Of a stretch of DNA of 64,000 bases, positions 22,732 to 35,619 are shown piece by piece. Below the pieces are notes generated by a model. The model saw only the letters and a program-made list of their open reading frames with translations, ran no database searches and was not told the origin of the DNA. The position numbers and the translations under genes were made by a program. This DNA is from Sporopachydermia quercuum. Its lineage: Eukaryota. Position 1 is the stretch's first letter; each line of letters starts with the position of its first letter. The stretch covers positions 124,001-188,000 of the forward strand of contig BCGN01000002.1 in assembly GCA_001599295.1 (NCBI GenBank), in the 5' to 3' direction.

Positions 22732-23205
22732 ATGACAATACAGTACCTGCTTCTGCTATCCAGGCAGGGCAAAGTCCGATTGGCTAAATGGTATACTACA
22801 TTATCGACAAAAGAAAGGACTAAAATAATCAGAGAAGTTACGGCAATGGTTTTATCGAGAAAAGGTAGAATGTGTAATTTCTTGGAATATAAGGATTCCA
22901 AAGTTGTTTATAGAAGGTATGCATCATTATTCTTCGTTGCTGGGATTGATGCAAATGATAATGAGTTGATTATGTTAGAAGTTATCCACCGATATGTTGA
23001 ACAAATGGATAAATACTACGGAAACGTATGTGAGTTAGATATTATTTTCAATTTTCAAAGAGCTTATTATATACTAGATGAATTATTATTAGCAGGGAGG
23101 ATGCAGGAAAGTTCACGACGAGAGGTGCTAAGACGTGTCGCTCAACAGGATGGACTGGAGACGCAAGAGGAAGATGAACTCGGAGCTATGAAGGTATTGG
23201 GGTAG
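22732..23205 (+). CDS. APS1: AP-1 adaptor complex sigma subunit
   Basis: [21 protein letters not shown]...[22 protein letters not shown]...[30 protein letters not shown] at 22732 (the ORF track starts at an upstream GTG). Confidence 0.95.
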   Translation: MTIQYLLLLSRQGKVRLAKWYTTLSTKERTKIIREVTAMVLSRKGRMCNFLEYKDSKVVYRRYASLFFVAGIDANDNELIMLEVIHRYVEQMDKYYGNVCELDIIFNFQRAYYILDELLLAGRMQESSRREVLRRVAQQDGLETQEEDELGAMKVLG

Positions 23206-23699
23206 ATTTCATAATGGTGGAATCTGATAGAATGTGCTCCGAGTTCATGATGGTTGATGAAGCAAAATTAATTGGTTCCACTGTTAGGGAAGTTGATTTG
23301 TTATGAAACTGTTGGATTGAAGACAGATGACGTGCATATAAGTTGTGTATATTTACCACTGAGGTATGAAAGGAGTTTTTGAACAGGAGAGAGCTCAAAA
23401 GTNAATTCAATGCAACAAAATAAAGGATACAGGTTCTTAGAGTTATATTATTTCAGTTTTGGTGAATGTAAGTAGGATAGCACACATGATCATTTGAATT
23501 ATGATTTATATGCTGATGCTTGATTTATTGTTTTACATTTTGGAATACATATACTTAGGACGCTCAATTGTGCTACCTTTGTCTTCTAATGTTGATGATT
23601 TCAAGATAAATATTGGATATCAATTTACTTGTCACACTTTAACCAATTGAGGTTGTTTTTTTAAGTTTATGAAGAATAGATACATCATCCACAATGGTA

Positions 23700-25345
23700 A
23701 ATAAAAGCAAAGACTGGGAATGAGCAATTTCACATGCCAATAAGGCTGAATCACAATTCATCACCAGTGCCAAAATTTACAAGCTTGAATCCAATTTGCT
23801 CAGTGCTTTATGATCTTGTAAATCTAGACTGTCCCTTGCGAATCACTTTCCTTTTGATTTAACGGTTGCTTGATAGAGCAGACAATGCATCTTCGTGAAC
23901 CCTTCTGAAATTGAATCGCAGTTCGGTTGATACAGTAGGTGATGACATTGTTCTCATTTGAATTCCAGTTATTGTTCCATTATTCTAACAATTCGATGTC
24001 CTCTCAAGTGTTAAGGTTGCTGCTTTTTCTTATAAATGAAGGAGATTACCGTTTGCGAAAATTTTTGAGTCTAATTATTTAACGTTTGGAGCTTAAATCA
24101 GCAACCGTTTTTTCAACTTTAAATTTCTTACTTCTTCTCCAGATTAATTCAATGGATGACCAGTGTTGATCCAATTCCCATAAAGGTGCGCATTATTATC
24201 TTGCAGTCAATTGAAAACAATTTTGCAGATGCACTGAATAGGCAAATGGGTTCAGTCACAGTTATTTTGAAAGAAGATACTTTGATCATTTAGAGCTAAT
24301 GGGTTGCCGTATTTGGTTTCGAGGAATGGAATCACATCAAAGGTTGATACAATGGCAGTGACTGTTGGTAGGTAAACAGCCTCTAGAATAAGCAATAGGT
24401 GACTAGAACTGAAAGACCTAAAAGCGTTGAGACAAACACATTAGAGTTCAACTTTGGCTTTAAAACTCCATAAACCTTTGCTTTCCTGACAGGATGTACT
24501 ATTTACTGAGCATCTCGTATCTTTAGAGTCGGATCTTACTTTCATGATTAAACTGTTATTTTTATATCGTTTATTTATTAGAGACCACACAATTGATTCT
24601 AACTATCTCAATATCAGAGGAGATTTTGGCATAGGACCAAAAGAGATACCGCCTGACTTCTAAACAGCAATCCATCGGATTGAGAAGTCAACTATGGTTG
24701 ATGCACCATGGACCAATCGTACATGAATATAACTGATCAAAACCCACTGTCCTCCAGTTCAGGAAAATCAACTCTAATAAAAAATCCCATAAATTTTGAC
24801 TGATCTTCATACTAAGAAATACAGTTCTTCCTGAACTGAACTCCAAGTCGAGACCAGTTTTACTCTTTCTGAAGTCTATTAGTACTGCTTTCACTGTTAT
24901 GTCAAAAGTTACCAAATTTAAGAAACAAGTGCAAGCAATAGTTGAAAATTCGTTTGCTACAAGTTAAAAGCTAATATTACTTATGGTTATATTTTAAGCA
25001 CTAGTTCCTCTTCCAAAAAGTGTAAGACTAATAGCGTAGTGCAATAGTGATGATGAAAATGATACTTAAAAAATGACATGGATTATGGAGAGCGAAATTA
25101 GAGTTNGGAATTGTTTTTTTGAAATCAGATAATTTCACTTTAATTAAGGAACACCTTGAATAGCATTTCCCTCCTCTTAAAGCACGGATTGTTCCACTCT
25201 CAAAGATTTTTGTGAGGTTTCGGACACTCGTTGCTAGAAAGGAAAGGTCTTTCAACAAGAAACCAATGTGAGGTTAACCAAAGTTTAGTATATTGCTATT
25301 TCATGTTAATGTTCAATCTTAGTTTTAGCTAAGATGTTTATTTGT
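23700..25345 (-). pseudogene. Decayed F-box-like gene relic C (3' end approximate)
   Basis: Minus strand: INILAKTKIEH*HEIAIY*TLVNLTLVSC*KTF (F-box-like), KKTIPNSNFALHNP, APNVK*LD (from 24092). Confidence 0.33.
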
Positions 25346-26800
25346 CTCAAAAAATGGTATTGATTTTGAAACATCATTTAAAGGAATGATCACAAGTATA
25401 AATAAGAAGAAGAAAAAAAGAAATTAGGAAAACAGTAGCTTTATTGAAATCAAAAAGTTGTATTACCTTCCATAGATTTTCAAACATTAAGATTTTCTTT
25501 TGAGATGGTGGTTCTATAGTTGCAACAAGCAGAAGCAGAGTCTTTTCGAGAAATTTGAAACAAACTTTAGAGTTAAAGTGCACCAAAGTAGAACTCTAAT
25601 ATCTTACAGTTTGTTATATTGCATATATGGTAAGAAACCAATGATTTCGGGATAATCAAACGCTGGTTCATACATATTATAATTGATGTTTATGAATATA
25701 AGATTATTTTATTGGTTTGAGACTTGTAGGTTTTAATTTGATAGTTCTGATACTCGTGGGCAAGCTATTAAGACATCATTCAAATACGAGAAACCATAAC
25801 AACAGTTAATCCTCACTTGCTCTTTAGATTCCAACCGCCAGATTAGTACTACCCAAAGTAACCTCAACAAAATTGATTTCTTACTTTCATATTAATTTTT
25901 TCTCTCTTTTCTTGATGTTTATTAGTCTTTGACTAAGTTTAATAACATATTTCTAGTCGATTATCTTATGATATCTTATAAATCAGATAATGTCTTCTTG
26001 GAGTATGTTGATTGCCGAAGGTTTCTATGAACACATTACATTATATATCCGAAAAGTAAGCTTCATATGTAGTTGAATTCCAGTTGCATTTCCCACATTT
26101 CACATTTCACTCAAAGTTTATATTTAGTGTTAATTTAATATTCAAGCCACTCGTACAAATGTATTCGAAAATTTGATTCGAATACGCCAGAAGTTAGCGA
26201 AGTAGAATATCCAACATCAAGCATTCTGTTTTATCTACTATTATGCTGTAATATTAGTATTACATTAGCATTTGGCCCAATTCTCAACACTTCCAGGCTG
26301 AAACCCAATCTCAAGTAGTGTTTACTATTTTAGCAAACCTTTGTAAGGCTACTAGAACTTTATTTCGCAATTCAAAATTTGAGGATGAAGCCTAGAAAGA
26401 AGATAGCATCACCGTTTCTGGACCTTTGTACTGGAGTATCTGTTTCATCATCTATCTTTTGATTGACAACATTCTCACCAAACTATGATGATATAGAACT
26501 ACAAGACTCAACTCACTTCATCATTTACTATTCATGCTGTGTAACGAATCCCTTTATGTTTTTAGTTCAGATTTAATAGGGGCCAAATCTCTTATTTGCC
26601 CCAATCACATGCTAAGGCTATCTTATCCAACCTTCAGAAAGCAAATAGTTGACGATCATCTCTTTAATCCCATTATCTGGTCTTTCGGCGAATGAACCCA
26701 CTTCAGTCACCAAATATATGAACTCAAGTTTCGAAACTTTGACTGTTTCTGCAGCCATTCTTAACATTTCATACATCGAAATCTTTCACAGACTGGCATC

Positions 26801-28255
26801 ATGTACCCTTCAGGGAGAATAGTTAGACTTGGTCTTTTGATCTTGACAGTTATCCTGATAATGGTCATTATCACTGACACTGCAACCTCAAATAGCAGAG
26901 AAAGTTCTTCAGAATTTCCATATCCTTCGCTAAAAGATGCAATAACTCCTACTTCATCTTCATCTCAGCGAAGAGTTAACGAACAAACTCACCCATTACA
27001 AGGGAATGCTGCTCCTAAGGAGCAACGGGAAAACCAAGTTCCAAATGTTCCCATAGTAATTCCAGAGTTGGATACTAAATTAGAAGAACTAAAGAAACTT
27101 ATAAATTCAAAATTTGATGAATTAGAATTCCCACAGCCTACTATCGATATAGATACTTCATCAATTGAAAGATCAATAAAAGATCTATCAGCCAATATCA
27201 ATTCAAATCTACAACTCAGCAAGCAGCAATCAGGAAACAGTAATACTATTGAATTTGACGCGAATTATAAAAGAGAAAATGCCACTTTTGTTACATTAGC
27301 CAGAAACTCGGAATTGTATGACTTAGTTACTTCAATTAGGCACATTGAAGACAGGTTCAATCGTCAATTTCATTACGATTGGGTATTCCTTAATGATGAA
27401 CCATTTACTGATGAATTTATTACGATAACAAGAAATCTAGTCTCTGGAGATGCAAAATATGGGATGGTCCCGAAAGAACAATGGTCGTATCCTGATTTCA
27501 TTGACCAAGATCTTGCTGCAAAGAAAAGACAAGAATTAGAAGATAATGGTGTGATTTACGGTAGCTCAGAATCATATAGGCATATGTGCAGATTTCAATC
27601 AGGCTTTTTCTTTAACCATCCTTTAATGAAAGATTATAAATACTATTGGAGAATCGAACCTGGTATCAAAATTTTCTGTGATGTTCCTTATGACGTTTTT
27701 AAGTATATGAAAGATAATAACAAGAAGTATGGTTTTAATATGATTCAATATGAATTTGGAGCAACTATACCGACATTATGGGACACGGTCAAGGAATTTG
27801 TTAATCAGCATCCTGAATATTTGAATGAAAATAACCTAAAAGATTTCATTTCTAACAACGATATGGAGCAGTATTCCATGTGGCATTTCTGGTCAAATTT
27901 TGAGATTGCTGACATGGATTTTTGGAGAGATCATATTTACAGCGAGTTCTTTGAACACTTAGATAAAAGCGGAGGGTTTTTCTATGAAAGATGGGGAGAT
28001 GCACCAGTTCATTCTATAGCAGCAGGATTATTTTTAAATAAAGACCATCTACATTTTTTCAATGATATCGGTTATTTCCATCATCCATGCTACCAATGTC
28101 CAATCGATTTGGAAGTATGGACAGAAAGAAAATGTTCATGTAGCAGGCATTGGGATATTTCATGGAGTGGGTGGAGTGGAGTTCCTAGATATTTTGAAGC
28201 TCAAGGACTTGAGAAACCAAGCAATTGGGAAGAATTCATTAATCCTGAGATATAG
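26801..28255 (+). CDS. KRE2/KTR/MNT1-family alpha-1,2-mannosyltransferase (GT15), divergent paralog
   Basis: N-terminal TM anchor, RENATFVTLARN, SESYRHMCRF, YYWRIEPG, HFWSNFEI, GGFFYERWGDAPVHSIA. Confidence 0.95.
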   Translation: MYPSGRIVRLGLLILTVILIMVIITDTATSNSRESSSEFPYPSLKDAITPTSSSSQRRVNEQTHPLQGNAAPKEQRENQVPNVPIVIPELDTKLEELKKLINSKFDELEFPQPTIDIDTSSIERSIKDLSANINSNLQLSKQQSGNSNTIEFDANYKRENATFVTLARNSELYDLVTSIRHIEDRFNRQFHYDWVFLNDEPFTDEFITITRNLVSGDAKYGMVPKEQWSYPDFIDQDLAAKKRQELEDNGVIYGSSESYRHMCRFQSGFFFNHPLMKDYKYYWRIEPGIKIFCDVPYDVFKYMKDNNKKYGFNMIQYEFGATIPTLWDTVKEFVNQHPEYLNENNLKDFISNNDMEQYSMWHFWSNFEIADMDFWRDHIYSEFFEHLDKSGGFFYERWGDAPVHSIAAGLFLNKDHLHFFNDIGYFHHPCYQCPIDLEVWTERKCSCSRHWDISWSGWSGVPRYFEAQGLEKPSNWEEFINPEI

Positions 28256-28649
28256 GTTAAAGCAATGATATGATTTTATGTGAATGTATTGGAATAATAT
28301 ATAAAATTACTTATGATTATGCATTATAGTAATGTATGTAGTGTGTAGGTGCTCTGACGATAGTAACGAAAGGATATTCACTCTGGTGGTGGTTTTAGTT
28401 AATAATGTCCAGATATGCAGATCTTATAAAGTAATTGCACGTTGAACGATAGATATCGTAAACGTATTATCAACTACTAATATTATAGCTCTTTAACCAT
28501 TTTCTTTGACAGTCTTTCAAACGATAGACATCAGAAAAATCGAAATTCCTACGAGTCAACTTAGGTCCATTCACCATAGTATCAACATTCTACATTCTAT
28601 TCTTTATAGAAATACTAAATATGCACAAAGCACTCAAAAATCTTCCAGA

Positions 28650-30059
28650 CTAACTTGTATACTTCTCCCAATTTGTAGGTCTGTCCCATTTCATAAACTC
28701 ATAATATTTGCCAGTACAGCTATATCCTTGGAAGGTGAAATCAGAATAAGGATTGCAGCTACACCTTTGCTGATATCTCAAATCATCATCAAGTGGACAT
28801 TGAAAATAAGGCCCATGATAATAACCAACATCCTTGAAGAAGTGGACTTCATTCCTATTCAATAAGAATGCAGCTGCTATTGAATGCACTGGTGCATCTC
28901 CCCATCTTTCATAGAAAAACCCTCCAGTTTTATCCAAATGTTCGAAATAATCAACATAAGCTACTGATCTCCAAAGATTCATATCAGCAATTTCAAAATT
29001 TGACCAGAAATGACATAGATTATATGTTTCTCCACCGTCGTTTGAAATAAAATCGAGCAAGTTATTCTCCACAACATATTGAGGATGAGATTGGAAAAAA
29101 TTTTTGGTTTCTGCCCATAAGCTTTTAATTGTTGTTTCATATTCATACATACTTATAGTGAAGCCATACTTCAAGTTATTACGACGCATATATTTGAAAA
29201 CATCGTAATCAATGTCACAGTAAATCTTGATTCCTGGTTCAACTCTCCAATAATATCTGTATGGATTCATTAATGGGTGTCTCCAGAAAAAGCCAGATTC
29301 AAATCTGCACATATGTCTGTAAGATTCTGAATCAGCATAAATCACACCTTCATCAGATAACTCTTTTCTCTTCTTAGCAGCAAGATCTTGATCAATGAAA
29401 TCAGGATATGACCAATATTTTTTAGGAATCTCCCCAAATTTTGCATCACCAGAAACTAAAGCAGAGACTGTAGTGATGAATTCTTTGGTAAATGGTTCAT
29501 TGTTAAGAAAGACCCAATCATACCCAAACTTCCTGTTGAATCTATCCTCAACAGCCCTTATAGAATCTACAAGATCCCAAAGATCTGAATTTCTTGCTAA
29601 TGTAACAAAAGCTGCATTCTCACGAACTGCCATTGAAGAAGCAACTAACTTTTCACTAGATGCATCTTCAGAATCCTGCTTAATATTGGCCTTTTCATTA
29701 TTGGCTTTAAGCAATGATTCAAATTTATCATTCAATCTGTCAAAAGCCGATGTGATGCTATTTAAGAGATTCTGACTGGAAGATTCTTCTTGTTGATATA
29801 AATCCTCAATCTTTCCAAGGACTGAGTCAATTTTCTTAACTGTTTGACGGATGTTTCTTTGAACAAGTCCCAGAGCTTCTTGAGTTTCTTCATTCATAGA
29901 GTTGCGACCCAAGTATGATTTCAGTGACTGATGAGCCCCTGATATATAACTAGGCTCAGATGACGAACTCAACAATACTTTCTTCAAAAGGAAGAATAGA
30001 ATTATAATGTAGCACAGGTTTGCAAACCCCTTGATTGAAAATCTTGGTCTTGGGGGCAT
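28650..30059 (-). CDS. KRE2/KTR/MNT1-family alpha-1,2-mannosyltransferase (GT15)
   Basis: ATG at 30059 (MPPRPRF, then TM). RENAAFVTLARN, SESYRHMCRFESGFFWRHP, YYWRVEPG, YNLCHFWSNFEI, ERWGDAPVHSIA. Confidence 0.95.
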   Translation of the reverse strand: MPPRPRFSIKGFANLCYIIILFFLLKKVLLSSSSEPSYISGAHQSLKSYLGRNSMNEETQEALGLVQRNIRQTVKKIDSVLGKIEDLYQQEESSSQNLLNSITSAFDRLNDKFESLLKANNEKANIKQDSEDASSEKLVASSMAVRENAAFVTLARNSDLWDLVDSIRAVEDRFNRKFGYDWVFLNNEPFTKEFITTVSALVSGDAKFGEIPKKYWSYPDFIDQDLAAKKRKELSDEGVIYADSESYRHMCRFESGFFWRHPLMNPYRYYWRVEPGIKIYCDIDYDVFKYMRRNNLKYGFTISMYEYETTIKSLWAETKNFFQSHPQYVVENNLLDFISNDGGETYNLCHFWSNFEIADMNLWRSVAYVDYFEHLDKTGGFFYERWGDAPVHSIAAAFLLNRNEVHFFKDVGYYHGPYFQCPLDDDLRYQQRCSCNPYSDFTFQGYSCTGKYYEFMKWDRPTNWEKYTS

Positions 30060-33000
30060 TTCGAACGCTATATTTTGAAAAAGAAGGAGTGTATGGTATG
30101 ACAAGGATATGCTATTCTCACCATAGAATAGTAAGCATGGAATAAGCAATCAAACAACGAAGACAAACCTAAATTCGTTCAATGCTTTAGGCTTGGTTCA
30201 TATAAGGAGAAGTACAATAAACAATATATAGAATATCTACCAAAATTCTTATTATCAGAAGAGAAAACCAGACATTCTCTTCCTTTCCTTCAAACAGTCA
30301 CATGATCAAAACAATTACTTCGTTCTATTTTCCTAAAGTTGTTTACAGTAAATGAAGGGAGCAATCCTTCAGGAAACCGAAAGCAATTAATTGGATTAAA
30401 GACGAAACTGTTTGCTATGGGTTTTAACTGAATAAAGTTTTGCATTGTGGTCGAACCTTAGTCCTGTACCTCAAACTGTAATTCGATCTGAAACTGCTTG
30501 TTAAAGGAAGAATACAGTGACAAAACTGAAATTCTGCCCATGAAATAAAGTGTTTTTCAGAGTCTAAATGAGCACCTAACCTGTTATTTGAAATCATAGC
30601 AAGAATAAGCATGGTATTGCATACTAGAAGAAGTACTGAACGAAAACTGCAAGTATTGTTAGGGAAGCAAATAGTCTCTTTCTGATGATGTTGTTTTTAT
30701 AGCTAAAGTTTCTAGATAGTTAGTTGTATTATCGACTGTATAGCTGTTGTAGCTAAAGGATTAAGTATTTAAAGTTCTCATAATCTGAAACTTTATCTTA
30801 AGCCAGATTATACAGATTTATCGCTACAAAGTTTGATTCAATGGAGCATCTGAAGTTCATATAATCATCAAAAAAATTATAGATAGAACTGGAAACAACA
30901 GAGGATTTAGTTAGTTGATGAAGCTTGAAGAGTTAGATGTTAGAGAACTACCGAACTAATTCACCTTATTGTTCCTTAGTATTCACAAAAATACGGCGTG
31001 CCATCAAAAGAATAAGAATGGTTCTAACTTTTGATATAAACAATTGGAAGTATCGACAGTCGAACTCATCGTATATAAGCTAAATAAGATGATAACGGCT
31101 TTGCTTTATATTTTTAGCGTTGACATACATTGAATATTTTTGTAGGAAATAGTTGTTTATTCTTGTTTGTGTTCATGAAGGCAACAGACTCCATTGATTA
31201 TCTGGTTCGGAATGAACAATTATTACGTAAGATCCAAGAGATTTGGGGTTTATGTTATGCCAAAATGTTTATTTTCTTTACTGAGTTAATAAATTACTCT
31301 TGTGAGTTGTTATGATGCCAAATTAGAAGTTTTTGGAACCAATGGGCTAACGTATTTAGGTATCTATTGTATTTAGTCAGACTGTAATCGTGCACACATA
31401 TGTAGCAGTCGAAGTTCGTAGTGTTCAATGATTTGAACAAACTGTATAATGAACAAAGAATTGAGGAAATCTGACAGAAAAAGCATATTCAAAATGAGCT
31501 TTTATAATTATCGGTAAGAGTTCTACGATCACGTACAACCTAGCGGTTTGATATTAGCCAACCGATAGTAGTCGATTATGCACTCTTGGCTTGAATGAGA
31601 TAAAACTTTTTCAGGTGATAATATACAGGTATTCTACTTGTGCTTTGGGATACTTCTAGTGATTCACACTCCATTAAGAAACAAGAGTTTTATTAATATT
31701 TTATTTTAATTTATTTTTTTTTTATTTTTATTTTTTTGATATTTTGTACCTCATACTTCATACCCACCACAAGCAAGAATAACTATATGCTAGAGTAGCG
31801 CCCCTCGGACATTATTACAAAGGTTATGTAACATCTGCTATCTCAACTTACGTCAACGTCAACTACTTCATTTTCTGCGAGTTTCTTTTCAGTTTTTGAA
31901 ATCTCTCATATATAATCTTTCAAATTGCTTCAAATGTAACATACGGACAATTTACTACCTTACTTATATCATCTCTTCCATATATCTATCTCAATCTACA
32001 ACTCGAACTTTGACATAATACCCATAAATATCATATCTACATCTGATCAACAAGAATACAGTAAATTAGTATAATAATAATATGAGAGATCTCGCCAATA
32101 AAGTAAGAAGATTACCTTAATGTTTAATATATCATGAAGAACGAAATATAACGATTCTATAGTTCATTCATCCATAAGCCAGTCTTATCAGGAACGACAA
32201 GACATGCATGTATGCAAGATATGCGTCTTTTCTCAGACTATCACCTCCTTTGTATTTTCAGAAAACAGCCAATTTCAAACTTGATATAACCCCGATCATA
32301 TCATAACTACAAGAGATGATAGAACTCATGATAACAGTATAACATAACTACCAGCAGTTACCTGTTGCATTTCTATCACCCTCCGTGTTATAATCATACA
32401 TCCATTTACCCTGAAGAAACCATTACTGGAACAAACAAATCTACATTATAAACCGTGAGACCTCCATTGATAATACATATCACAAACAGAGTTACAAATT
32501 AAACGACTCATAAAATCATGAAATCCTAACAAGCTCATGAAACTCGATAGTCACTTAAAAAAGGTTTTACACATTTTTCTTCTTTCCTTCCCAATCATTT
32601 ATTTTCTTTTCTCAATGTATTGATCTCTCCGTCATCGGGTTCCCTTTCGTTCAAGTAAATTATTCTTGGGGTATTGAGACTGAAAAAAAAATGATTAAAG
32701 ATTCTTATTTATGAAAGGTTCAGTGTTTAGTGAATATTGTTTCTCAATTATATATTTTGCTGCCTACTCATTTATACGTTTAACCAAAGAAACATATGAA
32801 CTCATGTGATGATGCTCATTGATTGCAGGTGAATTTGTTGCATTAACTAGTATGCACACTTCAGCCCATTGTCGATTGCACATTATCACATGCGAGGAGT
32901 TGCTCTACTATGTTCTCCCAAACAATGCCTTTGCTTCGTTCTAGTTAGTAAGAGGAAAGTCAGAGTTTATCCGAGGGGACTGCTCCTGTTTCATATCCTA

Positions 33001-34338
33001 TGATATATAATCAAGAAAGAGGATTTGGGGGGATAAGTAATGCAATGACAAGATTAAATATTATGTATCGAATGAATCATGGACAAATCAAGTCTAACAG
33101 TTTGAGGGCAAGTACAAGGAATAGGGAATACATATAAAGCATAATAAAGTAGGATTTTTAAGATACTAAGTGATACTGCTGAGATCAACCTGTTTCATCA
33201 AAATCCGTAAAAGTCAATGAGCCTCACGTTCGTGGAAAGTGGGATCAACTCGCTACAGAGATAAATTCACTAAATGCATCTCGGATTGCCTATAGTGACG
33301 AGTACTCATCTCACGAAAACTATTCGGGAAATCTTCAATATAATCATTATTTGATCACTTCTCGCCATGTATTTCTTATCAGTAATTATTAATATTATTC
33401 CAGCAGAGCCGCTGCTCCACTCCACTGAATCTATCGACCAAGAAATCAGGTGGACTGCGGTCAAATAATAAGGCAATCACATTGGTAGGCAAACTCAATA
33501 AGATTTGAGATTTCACAGTAAAGTTTGAAATAAGAAAGATCATATCTCCGCTCTGGACAGTTATAATTAAATCCATTTATAGATTGTGTATAACGAATAA
33601 AGTACGTCGTGGTATATTGATCCTTTATCAGTCCATTTTATGAAGAAGTTATTAATCCATCCTTATAAAATAGTACTGAACGTTCAGGCCATCGCAGAGC
33701 TGAATTGTCCTCCTCCATTTCTTTATCTACATTACTCTGTGATCCCATCATCAGTTACCAATAAAGAGAAAGAAGGATGCCCTAATTAGAAGGCATTGTG
33801 CATAGAGTTCATGCAGGAAAGGCAACAATTTCACGTAAATCCTCAATCTCATACAAATTTCTCATTCATTTCTGGAGAAAAAACAAATAAGGTTCTTTTT
33901 GGCTCACTTAACGACTTCCAAACCTTATTTTATTATTCTGTCTTTCATCTATGACTTAATGTTCTCCTCTTATAAAACTAGATGTTTCCCCAGGATCGGC
34001 AATCATCCCAGATCTATTCTGTTTTAGTATAATTGTGTGGCACCAGAATAGATTTTGATATGACAAATAGTAGTTGAGTAGCATTCTCGGAACATAACAT
34101 CAGTTCTTCGATTAAATAGTATTAGAATAAGCAATACATAACATAGTATATTAATTACTATCATATAGTATTCCTTGTTATATTATAAAGTGCGTCTATG
34201 AAGTGTTATGACACCTGCTGGTTTCAGGATTTGAATTAATAATATAGAACAAGAGAGGCAAACAATAAACAACAATTGAAACGAAGTGAAACCGATTAAA
34301 AGGTAGAACTAAAGATACTATGAATAATAGATAACGTA

Positions 34339-35619
34339 ATGACTACCATATCAAGAACAATAACTGAAGCTTCTGCTTCAATATCAGGAATAGTGACAGT
34401 GACGAAGCTGATAGCACGGGATGGCGAATCAACTGTCCCCACATCAACATCTTCCAGTTTTCCTTCAACTATAACGTCAGCAGCAAGTACAACAACTTCA
34501 AGTTCACCACCGTCATCTTCATTTATTGGATCCTCATCATTTTTATTCTTTATCTCAATAGCTTTAGCCGTGCTTGTTCTTACTGCTTTTGCAGGATGTA
34601 CTATCAGATTTTATAGAAAGAAGAAAGCACCCGTTTCTCTTTGTTCTGACGGAGAGATAAATTATTATGAAACTAAGTTAAAAAATACTTTGGAAACCGA
34701 GAATTTACGTCACTCTCACGATGATGATAGATACCAACAAGTTGTTGGATATTTTGTTCAAAAAATAAATGCTTATNTCCAAACATCTGACACAATCACT
34801 ATTTATAGACCTAATGGTTTCAGCATGGGAGCCTTCAAACACACGTCTGGTAGAGCTTATGAAAGAGGAGGTAGATTTATATGGTCGCCAGAACTTTTCT
34901 GTACAATTTATGTTGATAATATTGATAGATATCGATCTGAGAGATTGATATTACGTCAAACAGCGGCTGGAGGTAGAAGAAAGAAGACCAAGCAAAGATT
35001 GTCTAAAGAAGAAGTTTCCACAAATTTCCCAGAAGTTAGATATTCTCAATGGACAGAAAAAGGATATACAGGTCCTTTGCATGATGTTTCTGTTAGCGAT
35101 TCCGATACTGAATCTGATGATAATACTGAAGTTTTATGCTCAACAGTATCTTATACTTCAAGCAAACTTACAGAGAGGAAGGTAGAGCAGGCTGAAGAAC
35201 GTGAATTGAATTCACTAGACTTGGCGGATAAACCTTCTGTTCAAGTTCACTTAGATCTCGATACATGTCCTATTTGTATTGATTCTTTCAATGATGACGA
35301 TAATGTTAGAAGTATGCCTTGTGAACATGTTTATCATACTGAATGTATTGATAAATGGCTAACAAAAAGAAATGGCTCTTGTCCTATGTGTAAAAGAAAC
35401 TATTATAAGATACTACATCCTGAATCTCAGCAAAGGGTGATAAATGAATCACAAGTTGCTCCTGAGTTAGCAATAGCAATATCTCAAGAAACTCGTGATT
35501 CTCTGGATTCTGAAGTCATCGAAGGGCTGAGAAGCGTAGAGAAAAAAAAGAAGAGAAAACGACTGATGTTACCATTCAGAAGAAGAAGGGAATGTAATGA
35601 TGAAAGTGATAATGTTTGA
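34339..35619 (+). CDS. Single-TM RING-H2 finger protein (putative membrane E3 ubiquitin ligase)
   Basis: Ser/Thr-rich N-terminus, TM FLFFISIALAVLVLTAFAGC, and RING-H2 CPICIDSF..VRSMPCEHVYHTECIDKWLTKRNGSCPMC. Confidence 0.85.
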   Translation: MTTISRTITEASASISGIVTVTKLIARDGESTVPTSTSSSFPSTITSAASTTTSSSPPSSSFIGSSSFLFFISIALAVLVLTAFAGCTIRFYRKKKAPVSLCSDGEINYYETKLKNTLETENLRHSHDDDRYQQVVGYFVQKINAYXQTSDTITIYRPNGFSMGAFKHTSGRAYERGGRFIWSPELFCTIYVDNIDRYRSERLILRQTAAGGRRKKTKQRLSKEEVSTNFPEVRYSQWTEKGYTGPLHDVSVSDSDTESDDNTEVLCSTVSYTSSKLTERKVEQAEERELNSLDLADKPSVQVHLDLDTCPICIDSFNDDDNVRSMPCEHVYHTECIDKWLTKRNGSCPMCKRNYYKILHPESQQRVINESQVAPELAIAISQETRDSLDSEVIEGLRSVEKKKKRKRLMLPFRRRRECNDESDNV

